A stretch of 45,039 bases of DNA from NCBI GenBank assembly GCA_937890335.1, contig CALBXO010000369.1, positions 1-45,039 on the forward strand. Reading direction: 5' to 3'. This DNA is from an uncultured Pseudomonadota bacterium (GTDB lineage Bacteria; Myxococcota_A; Bradymonadia; Bradymonadales; GCA-2716585). The translations under genes and the position numbers were made by a program. The notes beneath the pieces were generated by a model. It saw only the letters and a list, made by a program, of their open reading frames with translations. It was not told the DNA's origin and did no database searches. Below are positions 1 to 9,857 of this stretch, piece after piece. The first letter of the stretch is position 1. Each line of letters starts with the position of its first letter.

Positions 1-1
1 G

Positions 2-643
2 AACAACGGGGACCCGGACGGGCGAGAGCTCACGGAGGCCGAGGCTGAGCTGGCCCTACACCTGGCGGGCTCCTGGCGGCGCACCGTGGACGGTGACCAG
101 CAGACTCTGCACCTCGGGCCTGATCTCACCGGGATCTTCACCTCGGGCAGGGGCGACGCACCCGTGGATGTCGTCTTCTCCCTCACCGACGATGGGCGAC
201 TGCAAGAGGACTTCCTCGCACAGGATCCGGCCGACTCCTCGCGTATCGTTCGGCCCTTCGCGCTGACCGACCACGCCTTCCTGGACTCGTTCGCGCTCCA
301 CCGCGACAGCGCGTTCGAAGGGGTGCCAGGCACCTGGACCATGTCCCACGAGTACTGGGCGCCGGGCCCGGATGGATTTGTCCTGACCTACGAGGAGCGC
401 ATCACCGCGGCCTTCGACGCTGACGGCACGGGAATACAGTCCATCTCGACCGCGTGGTGGGCCGACGGGGGCGTTCCGCTGGAGGAACCGCAGATGGACA
501 CGACGAGCGAAGGGTTCACGTGGGAGCTCGAGGACGAGCGCGTCGTGCTGTACTTCGAGGGCCTGCGCACGGGTCTGCCGCAAAAATTTGTGGGCCCCGA
601 CGCACTGGCCACTCCGCAAGACGTGTGGCAGCGGTTCAACTGA
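2..643 (+). CDS. Hypothetical protein, 5'-truncated by the window edge
   Basis: Frame is open from position 2 (NNGDPDGRELTEAE...) to TGA at 641-643 with GC3-rich codons. No recognisable motif; the start lies upstream of the window. Confidence 0.7.
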   Translation, partial: NNGDPDGRELTEAEAELALHLAGSWRRTVDGDQQTLHLGPDLTGIFTSGRGDAPVDVVFSLTDDGRLQEDFLAQDPADSSRIVRPFALTDHAFLDSFALHRDSAFEGVPGTWTMSHEYWAPGPDGFVLTYEERITAAFDADGTGIQSISTAWWADGGVPLEEPQMDTTSEGFTWELEDERVVLYFEGLRTGLPQKFVGPDALATPQDVWQRFN

Positions 644-2156
644 CCTGGAATCGCACCTTGGTCAGGTCCGCCACCGGCCGGTATCCGATCTTCTGATAGA
701 TCGAGTTTGAGACGGGGTTGGTCAGGTCGGTGAACAACGTCAGGTAGGTGCAGCCCTGGTCAAACAGGTGCTGCGACACACCGGCGACGAGGTTGGACGC
801 ATGGCCGCGCCCCCGCAGGTGAGGCGGCGTGTAGACGGCGTTGACCCGTGCCGTGACCGGGGTGCGCCCGCCCCATCCCGTCATCGCCACGGGTTCTCCC
901 CCGGGCGAGGTCCACAAGAACAACCTGCCCTCGTAGAGCCTCGCACACTCAGCGCCGGGTCGCCGGACGTCCTCGCCCACATCCTCCTGGAACGCGTCAA
1001 ACCAGCGGCCCACGAGGGCGCAATCCGCGGCCACCGCCGGTCGCATGGCCCCGCCGCAGGGGCGCGGGGGGACGACGGCGCGGGCTTCGAACAGGCGCAT
1101 GCGGCTGTCGATCTCGTGGGGGCGGCCGCTGAGTTGGGCAAAGCGACGGACCGTACCGTCCGGCCCGAACAGCCCGGCCACGTCAGGAAAGATCTCCACC
1201 AGGGGCCAGAGGTCCTCGTCGGTCGCGGCCGTCACATGCATCGCGTGCGGTGGGGTGTGCAACGTGGCCACCAATGGCTCGCCGCCGTCAAACAGTGCGC
1301 TGAGCGCCCATGTCTCGTAGCGCGCATTGGGCCCTGTGAGCTGCTCCGCGATGCTGCGAATCATGTCACTGACAACCCCCTGCCTCGCAAACAGCGGCCC
1401 GAGCCGGTCCTGAAAATCCTCGGGGCGGCCGAACGATCGCCAGGTGCGCCCGCCTCCCAGATCCCGCACGACATCCACACGCTCGGGTTTGGGCGCGGGC
1501 GCCGGGCGGCGGCGGTCAGCTCCCGCGACCATGGCCAACAAGCGTGCGTCGGCTTCCGGCGTGACAGGGTCCTCACCGTCCACGAAACGCTCCAGGTCGA
1601 CGAGGCTGTCCACACCCCAGAACAGCTCTTCGCCCACCAGGAAGGTGGGCACGCCAAACACGCCGCGGTCGAGGGCCCGTTCTGTGTCGGCCCGCAGTCG
1701 GTCCTTGCTCTGCTGGTTTCTGGTGGCGGCGACGAGCCGGTCGCCGTCCAGCCCAGCGGCGACGAGCGCGGCCGCGATGGCGGCGTCCTCTCCGAGGTCG
1801 ATGCCCTGGCTCCATCCCGCCGCAAACAGCGTGTCAATGACCCTGGCCTGCTCCTCACCAGCAACCTGTCTCGACGAGAGGCGCAGCGCCGTGAGGGGCC
1901 GGAATGGGTGTTTGGCGGGCCCCCGAAAGGGCAGGCCGCGCCGCGCGGCTTCACGTAGACTCGACCGCATCACATAGCGCTTTTTGGGCGGCACCTCCGC
2001 CGGCCCCAATTGCCCCCAATGGTTCAGCAACGCGCCAAAGAGCACCGGCGTGGCGACCAGACTCCAGCCGCGCCGCGCGCAGAGGTCACGGACGTCGTGC
2101 CAGCCAAACCAGGCGTAGGGCGACAGGTAGTCAAAATGGTACTCGATCTCGACCAT
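636..2156 (-). CDS. Fusion of 2-hydroxychromene-2-carboxylate isomerase/kappa-GST (DsbA-like) domain and GNAT acetyltransferase
   Basis: N-terminus YHFDYLSPYAW...GVFGVPTFLVGEELFWGVD; C-terminus VNAVYTPPHLRGRGHAS...LFTDLTNPVSNSIYQKIGY. ATG at 2156; alternative GTG at 2168 overlaps the upstream stop. Confidence 0.85.
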   Translation of the reverse strand: MVEIEYHFDYLSPYAWFGWHDVRDLCARRGWSLVATPVLFGALLNHWGQLGPAEVPPKKRYVMRSSLREAARRGLPFRGPAKHPFRPLTALRLSSRQVAGEEQARVIDTLFAAGWSQGIDLGEDAAIAAALVAAGLDGDRLVAATRNQQSKDRLRADTERALDRGVFGVPTFLVGEELFWGVDSLVDLERFVDGEDPVTPEADARLLAMVAGADRRRPAPAPKPERVDVVRDLGGGRTWRSFGRPEDFQDRLGPLFARQGVVSDMIRSIAEQLTGPNARYETWALSALFDGGEPLVATLHTPPHAMHVTAATDEDLWPLVEIFPDVAGLFGPDGTVRRFAQLSGRPHEIDSRMRLFEARAVVPPRPCGGAMRPAVAADCALVGRWFDAFQEDVGEDVRRPGAECARLYEGRLFLWTSPGGEPVAMTGWGGRTPVTARVNAVYTPPHLRGRGHASNLVAGVSQHLFDQGCTYLTLFTDLTNPVSNSIYQKIGYRPVADLTKVRFQVS

Positions 2157-2164
2157 GGCGTCCG

Positions 2165-3388
2165 TCACCGCGACAATAGATCCCGCGCGATCTGCGAGAT
2201 CTGGATCTCGTCCGTGCCGCCGTAGATCTGCAGCACCTTGGCGTCGCGGGCCAATTGCTCCACGTGGTACTCGGCCATGTACCCGTACCCCCCGTGGATC
2301 TGAATCGCGTCCAGACAGACCTCCATCGTGGAGCGTGCGCAGTAGAGCTTGGACGCGGACGCCTCGGCGAAGCTGGCCTTCTTGCCCGCGCCGGCCAGTC
2401 CAAAGCTGCGGAACAGCAGATTCTCGACGTTCTGACGGTGCACGACCATCCGCGCGAGCTTCTCCTGAATCAGCTGGTACTGCCCAATCGGCTTGCCAAA
2501 CTGCACGCGCTCCTTGGCGTAGGCGACGCTGCGGTCGAGGCACTCCTGAATCATCCCGAGCGCCATCGCCGCCACGCCGGTGCGCTCTTGCCCGAACGTA
2601 GACTTCGCCGCAGCCCGGCCCCCGGACACCCCCTCCAGCGACTCACCCATCAGGCGGTCCATGCCCACACGCACGTCCTGCAGGAACAACTCGCCCGTGG
2701 GTGAGCTGTGCATGCCCATCTTCCGGAACGCCTTGCCGCGGGCCAGACCCGGGGTGTCGCCGTCGAGGATGAACGCGACCACGGGCCGGTCCTCTGGCGC
2801 CTCGCCTCGGTCCAGGCGCGCGTAAATCACGATGGTGTCGGCGTGCGGCCCGTTGGTGATGAAGGTCTTCTGCCCGTTGATGACAAATGTGTCACCGTCC
2901 ATCCGGGCAGTGGTCCGCATGGCGCCGAAGGCGTCCGAGCCAGACGAGGGCTCGGTGATGGCCCACGCGCCAATCTTGTCGAGGCTCAGAAGGTCGGGGC
3001 AGAAGCGTTCGCGCTGCGCGAACGAGCCGCGGGCGTTGATGGCCCCCGCAGTCAGGCCCACGCTGACGCCCATGGCGGTCACCAGCCCCGGCACCCAGCG
3101 CGACAACTCGATCACCGGGATCGCGCGCATGGCTGCGTCGTCCACAGCCTCGGGGCCCGTCTTGGGTTTGTGCTCCTTGCCGGCCTTGTCCCGCTCCAGC
3201 CGCTTGTTGTGCTGCGCGAGCTGCAGGTGTCCCAGCTGAAACGTGTCGAAGAGCTTGCGCATGATCGGATACGGCAACATCTGCTCGGTATCCAGGGCAT
3301 CCCGGTGGGGGACGACCTCCTCGGCGCAAAATCGGGTCATCATGGACCGCACCATCTGGTGGGTCTCATTCCATTCGAACATCGTCAC
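2165..3388 (-). CDS. Acyl-CoA dehydrogenase
   Basis: AITEPSSGSD, NGQKTFITNG, KMGMHSSPT, RVQFGKPIG, QIHGGYGY and IYGGTDEIQ motifs; GTGA overlap with the upstream gene. Confidence 0.95.
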   Translation of the reverse strand: MTMFEWNETHQMVRSMMTRFCAEEVVPHRDALDTEQMLPYPIMRKLFDTFQLGHLQLAQHNKRLERDKAGKEHKPKTGPEAVDDAAMRAIPVIELSRWVPGLVTAMGVSVGLTAGAINARGSFAQRERFCPDLLSLDKIGAWAITEPSSGSDAFGAMRTTARMDGDTFVINGQKTFITNGPHADTIVIYARLDRGEAPEDRPVVAFILDGDTPGLARGKAFRKMGMHSSPTGELFLQDVRVGMDRLMGESLEGVSGGRAAAKSTFGQERTGVAAMALGMIQECLDRSVAYAKERVQFGKPIGQYQLIQEKLARMVVHRQNVENLLFRSFGLAGAGKKASFAEASASKLYCARSTMEVCLDAIQIHGGYGYMAEYHVEQLARDAKVLQIYGGTDEIQISQIARDLLSR

Positions 3389-4443
3389 TCCCAGAGTTCG
3401 GGCCAGATTCCCGTGGCCGGATCCATGTCGCCGCCGGCGACCGCCGGCACCAATTGGTACGCCTCCGCGTCAAGCGCGGCCAGCGCGATCGCTACCTGTC
3501 CCCAGGTCAAGTCGTCCCCCGCGGACACGACCGCATTCAGGCACGGCGTGCCGTATCCCCGCAGCGCGCGCAGATGGTGCCGCACGGCGTCCATGTCGGG
3601 CTCGGCGTTCCTGTGCGCGACGTCCACGCCCATCGCCTCCACCGCCAGCGGTAGGTTGGTCGCACCCGGCGGATCCGTCCGCGCACCCTTTGCCGTTGCC
3701 TCGGGAGCGGCGGCGTTCAGCTCGCCGAAGACATCATCGATCTCGCCGCCGCGGCCGGCCAACACGCCCCCGGCCGTGTCCGTATCGATCGAGCCCAGCC
3801 CGGGCGGCTCACCGTCCGAGAATGCAGAGGCGAGGTCCTTGTTCGGCGCAGGTTCCGGCAGGGCCCGTTCGGCGTAGAGGGGCCCGTCCACGGACCAACG
3901 TGCCCGCAAGGACGTCGAGGTCGCCGCCACGTGCACCGTTGGGGACACACAGCTCTCGGCGTCCGGTGCGTCGTCGCGCGGCGCCAGCGCGATGCTCGGA
4001 AAATGCGCCGAGAGGTGGCCGACGCCGGCGCTGCCCGCGACCTCCAGATGGACGGACTTCGCGCCCGCCTGGCCCGCGGTATAGAGCACGCGCAAGACCG
4101 TGCGCCACCGTACATTCGCGGCAATCACAACCGTCAGGTCGCTGCCGCACTCCGCCAGCGCCGCATACAGCCGGTCGATCAGGTAGGCTTCGCCCGGCAC
4201 AATAGCCACAGTCGTGGGTCCTGCACCCTCCCGCAATACGGAGGCCGAGCCGGCAGAGACCACAACCCGGACGGTGTTGGGCGCCGACGTCACGCCGACG
4301 GGCGCAGGGACACGGGCGAGCACGGGCCCAGAGCCGGCCGGTGCGTTGGAGATGGGAGCGGGCGAAGGCGCCTGGCAGCCCGATGCGGCACACCCCGCGA
4401 CGAACAGGGCCGCCAGAAGCCAATGCGTACGACACAGCGTCAT
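3385..4443 (-). CDS. Putative lipoprotein with two ExbD/TolR-like segments
   Basis: Lipobox-like LFVAGC. VVIAANVRWRTVLRVLYTAGQAG and VVSAGDDLTWGQVAIAL resemble the ExbD periplasmic signature. Confidence 0.55.
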   Translation of the reverse strand: MTLCRTHWLLAALFVAGCAASGCQAPSPAPISNAPAGSGPVLARVPAPVGVTSAPNTVRVVVSAGSASVLREGAGPTTVAIVPGEAYLIDRLYAALAECGSDLTVVIAANVRWRTVLRVLYTAGQAGAKSVHLEVAGSAGVGHLSAHFPSIALAPRDDAPDAESCVSPTVHVAATSTSLRARWSVDGPLYAERALPEPAPNKDLASAFSDGEPPGLGSIDTDTAGGVLAGRGGEIDDVFGELNAAAPEATAKGARTDPPGATNLPLAVEAMGVDVAHRNAEPDMDAVRHHLRALRGYGTPCLNAVVSAGDDLTWGQVAIALAALDAEAYQLVPAVAGGDMDPATGIWPELWE

Positions 4444-4535
4444 GGCCCGACTACGACACCCGCAGCGTCAGGAGTCAATCGGGCCGAACTCCGCGCGGCA
4501 CGGGCCGGTCGGCACCACCAGGGGGCACCACCTTG

Positions 4536-5753
4536 TCAGAGGTTGGGGCGCCGGTTCACGCTGGTCAGGAAGCCAGCGCGGACGACCACACTCTCCTCGA
4601 ACACGCGATCGCCCTCAATCTCGCGGGTTCCGTACACACCGGCAGTGTCGGACGGGGGGATGTTGAACACGCCGCCAATGCCCGATCCGTCCGTCGCGGT
4701 CGCCGCCGGAGAGGGGAGCCCACCGTCGATGTAGCCGTCCTGGGTCTGGTCGTCCCCGTCCTCTGCGCCAAAAACCATGCCCACCGCGCGGCTTCCCCCG
4801 CAATCGAGCCCGATGAACGCGGCGTGACCCCGCTCGGCGTCCAGCTCCAAGCCCAGGATCCCAGCGAAGACATTGATCGTATTCTGGCTGATCACCTGGA
4901 ACGCCGTGTTCCCATCCTCCAGCACCGGGGACGTAAAGTAGGCCAGCGTCGGGAAGCGGCCGCCGCCCGTGATCTCCATATAGCCATTGAAGCCGCTGCC
5001 GTCGTGGGCAACGGTCACGGTAAGGGTGCCTTCGTCATCGGCGACGCCCTCCGCCAGCGGCGTCTCGCACATCGCATCGTCGGGTGCGCAGAACTTCACG
5101 GTGACACCGGCGGCCGGATCCCCGTTCTGGAAGTCGTTGTAGGTCATGTTCAGGGTCACCTCACCGGCCTCGCCCACGGGCGGATCGGACGGCGTGCCCA
5201 GGCAGGACCAGTCGCCTTCCGGCCGGCAGACGTCCCCGCAACTACTGTCGCGGCACTGGATCATTGGAGCGTTGATCTCCAGGGCAGACTCGTACGTCTC
5301 CGCGCAGGCGCTGGCGCACACCGCATCGGCAAGGCACGCCGCAAAGCACTCGCGCAACGCCAGGCAGTCCGCGTCCTCCCCGCAGGCGCGCGCTTCGTCG
5401 CAGCAGTTGTCATCTACGCAGCTTGCGCACGCCTCGAGGTTGCGCTCGGGCGCGTTGGCACGGGGCACAAAACCGCCGCACTGGCTCACCGTCGGGTCGC
5501 CGCCGTTGTTGGCGCCATTGTTCGCGCCGTTGTTCGCGCCGTTGTTCGCGCCGTTGTTCGCGCCGTTGTTCGCGCCGTTGTTGGCGCCGTTGTTCGCGCC
5601 GTTGTTGGCGCCGTTGTTCGCGCCGTTGTTGGCTCCGTTGTTCGCGCCGTTGTTGGCCGTATTCGACGTTTCGTCGTCGCCACAGCCCACGACGAGCACG
5701 AGCACGAGCACGAGAAGCACCATGCGGCCGAGGCCGCGCAAGGTGGACGCCAT
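4536..5753 (-). CDS. Cys-rich lipoprotein with NNGA-repeat linker and C-terminal beta-sandwich (carboxypeptidase-regulatory-like) region
   Basis: GGGAGGGAG RBS before ATG 5753; hydrophobic stretch and lipobox VVGC; ANNG repeats; Cys-rich module ending DWSCLG. Confidence 0.8.
   Translation of the reverse strand: MASTLRGLGRMVLLVLVLVLVVGCGDDETSNTANNGANNGANNGANNGANNGANNGANNGANNGANNGANNGANNGANNGANNGGDPTVSQCGGFVPRANAPERNLEACASCVDDNCCDEARACGEDADCLALRECFAACLADAVCASACAETYESALEINAPMIQCRDSSCGDVCRPEGDWSCLGTPSDPPVGEAGEVTLNMTYNDFQNGDPAAGVTVKFCAPDDAMCETPLAEGVADDEGTLTVTVAHDGSGFNGYMEITGGGRFPTLAYFTSPVLEDGNTAFQVISQNTINVFAGILGLELDAERGHAAFIGLDCGGSRAVGMVFGAEDGDDQTQDGYIDGGLPSPAATATDGSGIGGVFNIPPSDTAGVYGTREIEGDRVFEESVVVRAGFLTSVNRRPNL
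5502..5657 (-). repeat. Coding 12-bp tandem repeat, 13 units (ANNG)
   Basis: + strand unit GCCGTTGTT(C/G)GC repeated over 156 bp with only synonymous variation. Confidence 0.95.
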
Positions 5754-5976
5754 GGTCTCCCTCCCAGGGTTTGCCGACCGCCAGCAAGGCGCCCGAACGT
5801 TGGAGTCAGTGCGCAGACATCCACGATGAGACAGGGGTTCGTCAAGGTGTGAGGCACCCGCCTCGGACGCGCGAGCTGCGCCTCGCGCATAGAACCTGAC
5901 CGCGGGCGCGAGCAGAAGTAGCGGCGCCCGCCCCAACTTGCTAATCTGCCCAAACGGAGAACTCCAAGGGGACAGC

Positions 5977-8900
5977 ATGAGCAGATATGGTGTGGTCGTC
6001 GCCGTGATGGCGGTGGCGATGATGATTCCGTTTCAGGCGGACGCATTCTCAGGTCGCGTGGCCTACATTCCCAACGGCAACCAATACAGCTGTGACCTGT
6101 GTCACATTGTTCCGGGGGGCCCGCGCAACGCCTTTGGGCTGGACGTCGAGCAGTACACCAACCGCAACCAGAACCCGGACTGGAGCGAGCTGTACGATCT
6201 GGACTCCGACGGTGACGGGTACACCAACGGCGAGGAGCTCGGCGACGCCTACGGCGAGTGGACCCGTGGAGACGCCAACCCGACGCTCCTGTCCGCCCCA
6301 CACGAGGAGTTCGACACCCCGGATCTGGTCGGGAACGCCCCGGTGCTGACCAGCGGGACGGTGACCGTCGCCGAGGACGAGGCCTACGAGGGCACGCTGC
6401 AGGCGGCCGACCCCGATGGGGACACGCTGCGCATCCGGGTCGCCACGTACCCGGAGAACGGCACCCTGGTGCTCGTCAACCGCGAGACCGGCGAGTACAC
6501 CTACACCCCGGACGCCGACTACTACGGTGAGGACAGCTTCACGTTCCAGGCGTTTGACGGGAACAACATCTCCGACGATCCCGGCCTGATCGAGATCACG
6601 GTGACGCCGGTCAACGACCTCCCGTCCATCACCACAGATGGCGACCAGACTCTCGACGAGAACGACACGGTCACCATCGAGGCCGTCGCTGTGGACCCCG
6701 AGGACGGCACTTTGACCGTCACGGTGGAGCCGCTGCCCGAGGGGGCGGAGTGGGACGTGAACGCGCAGGCCTTTGTCTGGACACCCGACTACTTCCAGTC
6801 CGGCACCTACGAGCTCGAGTTCAGCGCGACGGACAACGACGGAGCGACGGCCACGGAGACCGTCACCATCGTCGTCAACAACGTGAACCGGCGCCCCGAG
6901 GCGGAGCTCATCGAGGGCCCACAATCGGGCAGCGAGGGCTCCACCTACACCTACACGATCGAGGCCGAAGACCTCGACCTCGAGGAGCTCACGTACACGT
7001 GGAGCTTCGGCAACGGCGAAGACCTCGAGACCAATGTGGGCACCGTGGACTACGCCTGGGGACAGGACGGCACGTTCAACATGCGCGTCGTCATCTCCGA
7101 CGGTGACCTCGCCGTGACCCGCACGTACTCCGTGGTCATCAACAACGTCGCGCCCGTGGTGGGCGCCGGTCTGGATCGCACCATCGACGAGGGCCAGACG
7201 ATCACGTTCCTTGGAACGCTTGAAGACCCCGGCTTTGACGACGACCACACCATCGCCTGGACCTTTGGAAACGGCGGAACCTCCAACGAGCTCCAACCGG
7301 CGTACGCCTACGGCGACAACGGCACGTTCACCGCGACGCTGTCCGTCGATGACGGCACGGACACAGGCACGGACAGCGCCACAATCACCGTCAACAACGT
7401 CGCGCCCACCGTGGACGCCGGCGGCAACGCCACCATCGACGAGGGCAGCCGCTACACCTTCGAAGGCACCTACACCGACCCCGGCACCGACGACGTGCTC
7501 ACCGTCCTGTGGGACTTCGGCAACGGCGTGGAGTCCGACGAGGGGACGTACACCTACGGCGACCAGGGCACCTACCAGGTCAGCCTCACCGTCACCGACG
7601 ACGACGGCGGCTCCGACACAGACACCATCACCGCCACCATCCTCAACGTCGCACCCACCTTCCTGAGCAACCCGCCCCTCTTTGCGCCGCGCGGGCGCAC
7701 CTACAGCTACACCATCGAGTACTTCGAGCCCGGCGACGACACCGTCTCCTACGAACTCGTCACCGGCCCTGACGGCATGGAGCTGGATGGGCGCACGGTC
7801 ACGTACACTCCGGACCCCGACGAGGAAGAGGTCGAGACCTACACCGTCAGCCTGCGCATCTACGACGAAGACGGCGGCGAGAACACCCAGACCTACACCC
7901 TCACGGTCGGCCTCCAGGACCGCGACAACGACGGCGCGCCCGACGAGTGCGAGGACATGTACAACGAGCTGGACGGCGACAACCCCGACGACGGCCCGCT
8001 CGACCTCGACCGTGACGGCATCCCGAACAATGAGGAGTGCATCGTCGGCACCAACCCGACCATCAGCAACGCGCCCACGGCGCCGTCCATCAGCAACCCG
8101 CAGGACGGCTCGCTGGTGACGTTCCAGCGGCCGAACCTGGTCGTCAACAACGGTATCGACCCCGACGAAGACCGCCTCATCTACACCTTCCAGCTCTACC
8201 GGGATCGGAACCTCAACGACCTGGTCGAGACCTTCGAAGACGTGCAGGAGACACCCAACCGGACCCAGGTCACGGTGCAGACCCTGCTGACTGAGAACCA
8301 GTCGTACTACTGGCGCGCGCGGGCCTATGACGGCCGCGGGTACAGTCCGTACACCCGGATCTCCAAGTTCATCTTCAGCCAGGTCAACGACCCGCCGTCC
8401 ATCCCGAGCCCCGTGGCCCCGCAGGGGACAATCACCTCGCCGCCGGTCTTCGAGACCCTCCCAGCGGTGGACCCGGAGGGGCAACCGCTGAGCTACGACT
8501 TCCAGGTCTTCTTCGACGAAGACGACAACCAGGACCTGCACAGCGGCACCATCGCCGTCATCGGCGGCAACCTCCCCCGCGTCACGTGGACGAGCCCCAC
8601 GCCGTTTGAGGAGAACCACCACTACAAATGGCGCGTCCGCGCCGGCGACCCCGTCAACGGGCGCAGCGAGTGGTCCGAGTACCTCCCGTTCTTCTACAAC
8701 GCGGTCAACGCCGTACCGACCCAGCCGCAGATCATCTCACCCGAGGACGGCGTCACGCTCGAGGGTCCGTCCGACCTGCTCTTCGTCGCCACCGGCGGCG
8801 AGGACGAGGATCGAGACCCGGTGACGCACTCGTTCCGCCTGGCGACCGGCGAGGGATTTGGGCCGAACGAGATCGTCATCAGCGAGGGGGACCATGTCGC

Positions 8901-9810
8901 CGGACCTGACGGCGAGGTGACCTGGGACCTCACCGGCGGCGGCGCCGCCCTCGAGGAGAACACCTGGTACTACTGGGACGTGCGCTCCTACGACGGCGGG
9001 CAGTACAGCCCGGCGTCCTCCGCCAGCTTCCTGTACAGCAGCGTCAACGAGCCGCCCGCGGTCCCCACCGCGCGGACCCCGTCCGGCGGCGTCGTCCTCA
9101 CCGACCCGCAGCCCGAGTTTGTGTGGTCCAACACGGTCGATCCTGAGGGCGGTCCGGTGACCTACCTCTTTGAGCTGCACGCCAACCGACAGGCGACCTC
9201 GCTGGTCTTCCAGCTCTTCGACATCCCCGGCGACGACGGCGAGGACACGCGGCGACAATTCGATCCCCTGGACGACAACGCTACGTACTACTGGCGCGTG
9301 CGTGCGTTGGACGCCGAGGGCAACGACAGCCCGTGGAGCGACACCGCTGAGTTCACCATCGCGCAGGGAGGCAGCGCCCCCACGCAGCCCATTCTCACCG
9401 GGCCTGTCCCGGGCTCGGAGTTCGCCTTCGGCGAGGAGATCGGTCTGTCGTGGAAGAACTCCACAGACGCGGAGAACGACCCCATCACCTACACCGTGGA
9501 GGTGCTCAACAGCGCCGACCGACTGATCACCACAGCCGACGTACAGCCCGCAGAGGGCGAAACCACGAACTGGATCGTGGCCGTCAACCTGGCCAAGGGG
9601 ACGTACAATTGGCGCGTGCGGGCGACGGCGGCCGAGCAGTCGAGCCCGTGGTCCAACACGGCTACTTTTGAGGTCCTGGAGGCCCCCGCCGACCCCACGG
9701 GTGGCGGCGGCGACGGCGGCGGATGCTCCATGGCGCACGGCACCGGCGGCTCGGGGGCTCTGCTCCTGGGGCTGCTGCTCGGCGCGATCGTTTTGAGACG
9801 GAAGAACTGA
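5977..9810 (+). CDS. Large surface protein: signal peptide, temptin-like CxxCH domain, cadherin/Ig and PKD repeats, Ca-binding DxDxDG repeats, FN3-like repeats, MYXO-CTERM
   Basis: AAGGGG RBS before ATG 5977; signal ending ADA; WSFGNG/WDFGNG PKD motifs; repeated Y(Y/K/N)W(R/D)xR FN3-like motifs; C-terminus GGGGDGGGCS + hydrophobic helix + RRKN. Confidence 0.9.
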   Translation: MSRYGVVVAVMAVAMMIPFQADAFSGRVAYIPNGNQYSCDLCHIVPGGPRNAFGLDVEQYTNRNQNPDWSELYDLDSDGDGYTNGEELGDAYGEWTRGDANPTLLSAPHEEFDTPDLVGNAPVLTSGTVTVAEDEAYEGTLQAADPDGDTLRIRVATYPENGTLVLVNRETGEYTYTPDADYYGEDSFTFQAFDGNNISDDPGLIEITVTPVNDLPSITTDGDQTLDENDTVTIEAVAVDPEDGTLTVTVEPLPEGAEWDVNAQAFVWTPDYFQSGTYELEFSATDNDGATATETVTIVVNNVNRRPEAELIEGPQSGSEGSTYTYTIEAEDLDLEELTYTWSFGNGEDLETNVGTVDYAWGQDGTFNMRVVISDGDLAVTRTYSVVINNVAPVVGAGLDRTIDEGQTITFLGTLEDPGFDDDHTIAWTFGNGGTSNELQPAYAYGDNGTFTATLSVDDGTDTGTDSATITVNNVAPTVDAGGNATIDEGSRYTFEGTYTDPGTDDVLTVLWDFGNGVESDEGTYTYGDQGTYQVSLTVTDDDGGSDTDTITATILNVAPTFLSNPPLFAPRGRTYSYTIEYFEPGDDTVSYELVTGPDGMELDGRTVTYTPDPDEEEVETYTVSLRIYDEDGGENTQTYTLTVGLQDRDNDGAPDECEDMYNELDGDNPDDGPLDLDRDGIPNNEECIVGTNPTISNAPTAPSISNPQDGSLVTFQRPNLVVNNGIDPDEDRLIYTFQLYRDRNLNDLVETFEDVQETPNRTQVTVQTLLTENQSYYWRARAYDGRGYSPYTRISKFIFSQVNDPPSIPSPVAPQGTITSPPVFETLPAVDPEGQPLSYDFQVFFDEDDNQDLHSGTIAVIGGNLPRVTWTSPTPFEENHHYKWRVRAGDPVNGRSEWSEYLPFFYNAVNAVPTQPQIISPEDGVTLEGPSDLLFVATGGEDEDRDPVTHSFRLATGEGFGPNEIVISEGDHVAGPDGEVTWDLTGGGAALEENTWYYWDVRSYDGGQYSPASSASFLYSSVNEPPAVPTARTPSGGVVLTDPQPEFVWSNTVDPEGGPVTYLFELHANRQATSLVFQLFDIPGDDGEDTRRQFDPLDDNATYYWRVRALDAEGNDSPWSDTAEFTIAQGGSAPTQPILTGPVPGSEFAFGEEIGLSWKNSTDAENDPITYTVEVLNSADRLITTADVQPAEGETTNWIVAVNLAKGTYNWRVRATAAEQSSPWSNTATFEVLEAPADPTGGGGDGGGCSMAHGTGGSGALLLGLLLGAIVLRRKN

Positions 9811-9834
9811 AGGGACGCGCCGTGTTCCAGTTTC

Positions 9835-9857
9835 TGGGTTTCGCATTTTGAAACCCA
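9835..9857. terminator. Perfect 8-bp inverted repeat after the MYXO-CTERM gene (terminator hairpin or operator)
   Basis: TGGGTTTC-GCATTTT-GAAACCCA with no U-tract; lies just upstream of a TTGACG-N17-GATGCT promoter-like element (9869-9897). Confidence 0.35.

Noticed and set aside
5851-5931. Three small consecutive hairpins in the divergent gap (possible riboswitch)
   Set aside because: Stems of 5-8 bp are expected by chance at this GC content, and I recognise no riboswitch consensus.
6049-8622. Long antisense or alternative-frame ORFs (also 9957-11729, 19743-21080, 27175-28980, 36816-39782, 37825-39681)
   Set aside because: Shadow ORFs typical of high-GC DNA, overlapping genes with clear motifs and lacking motifs themselves.
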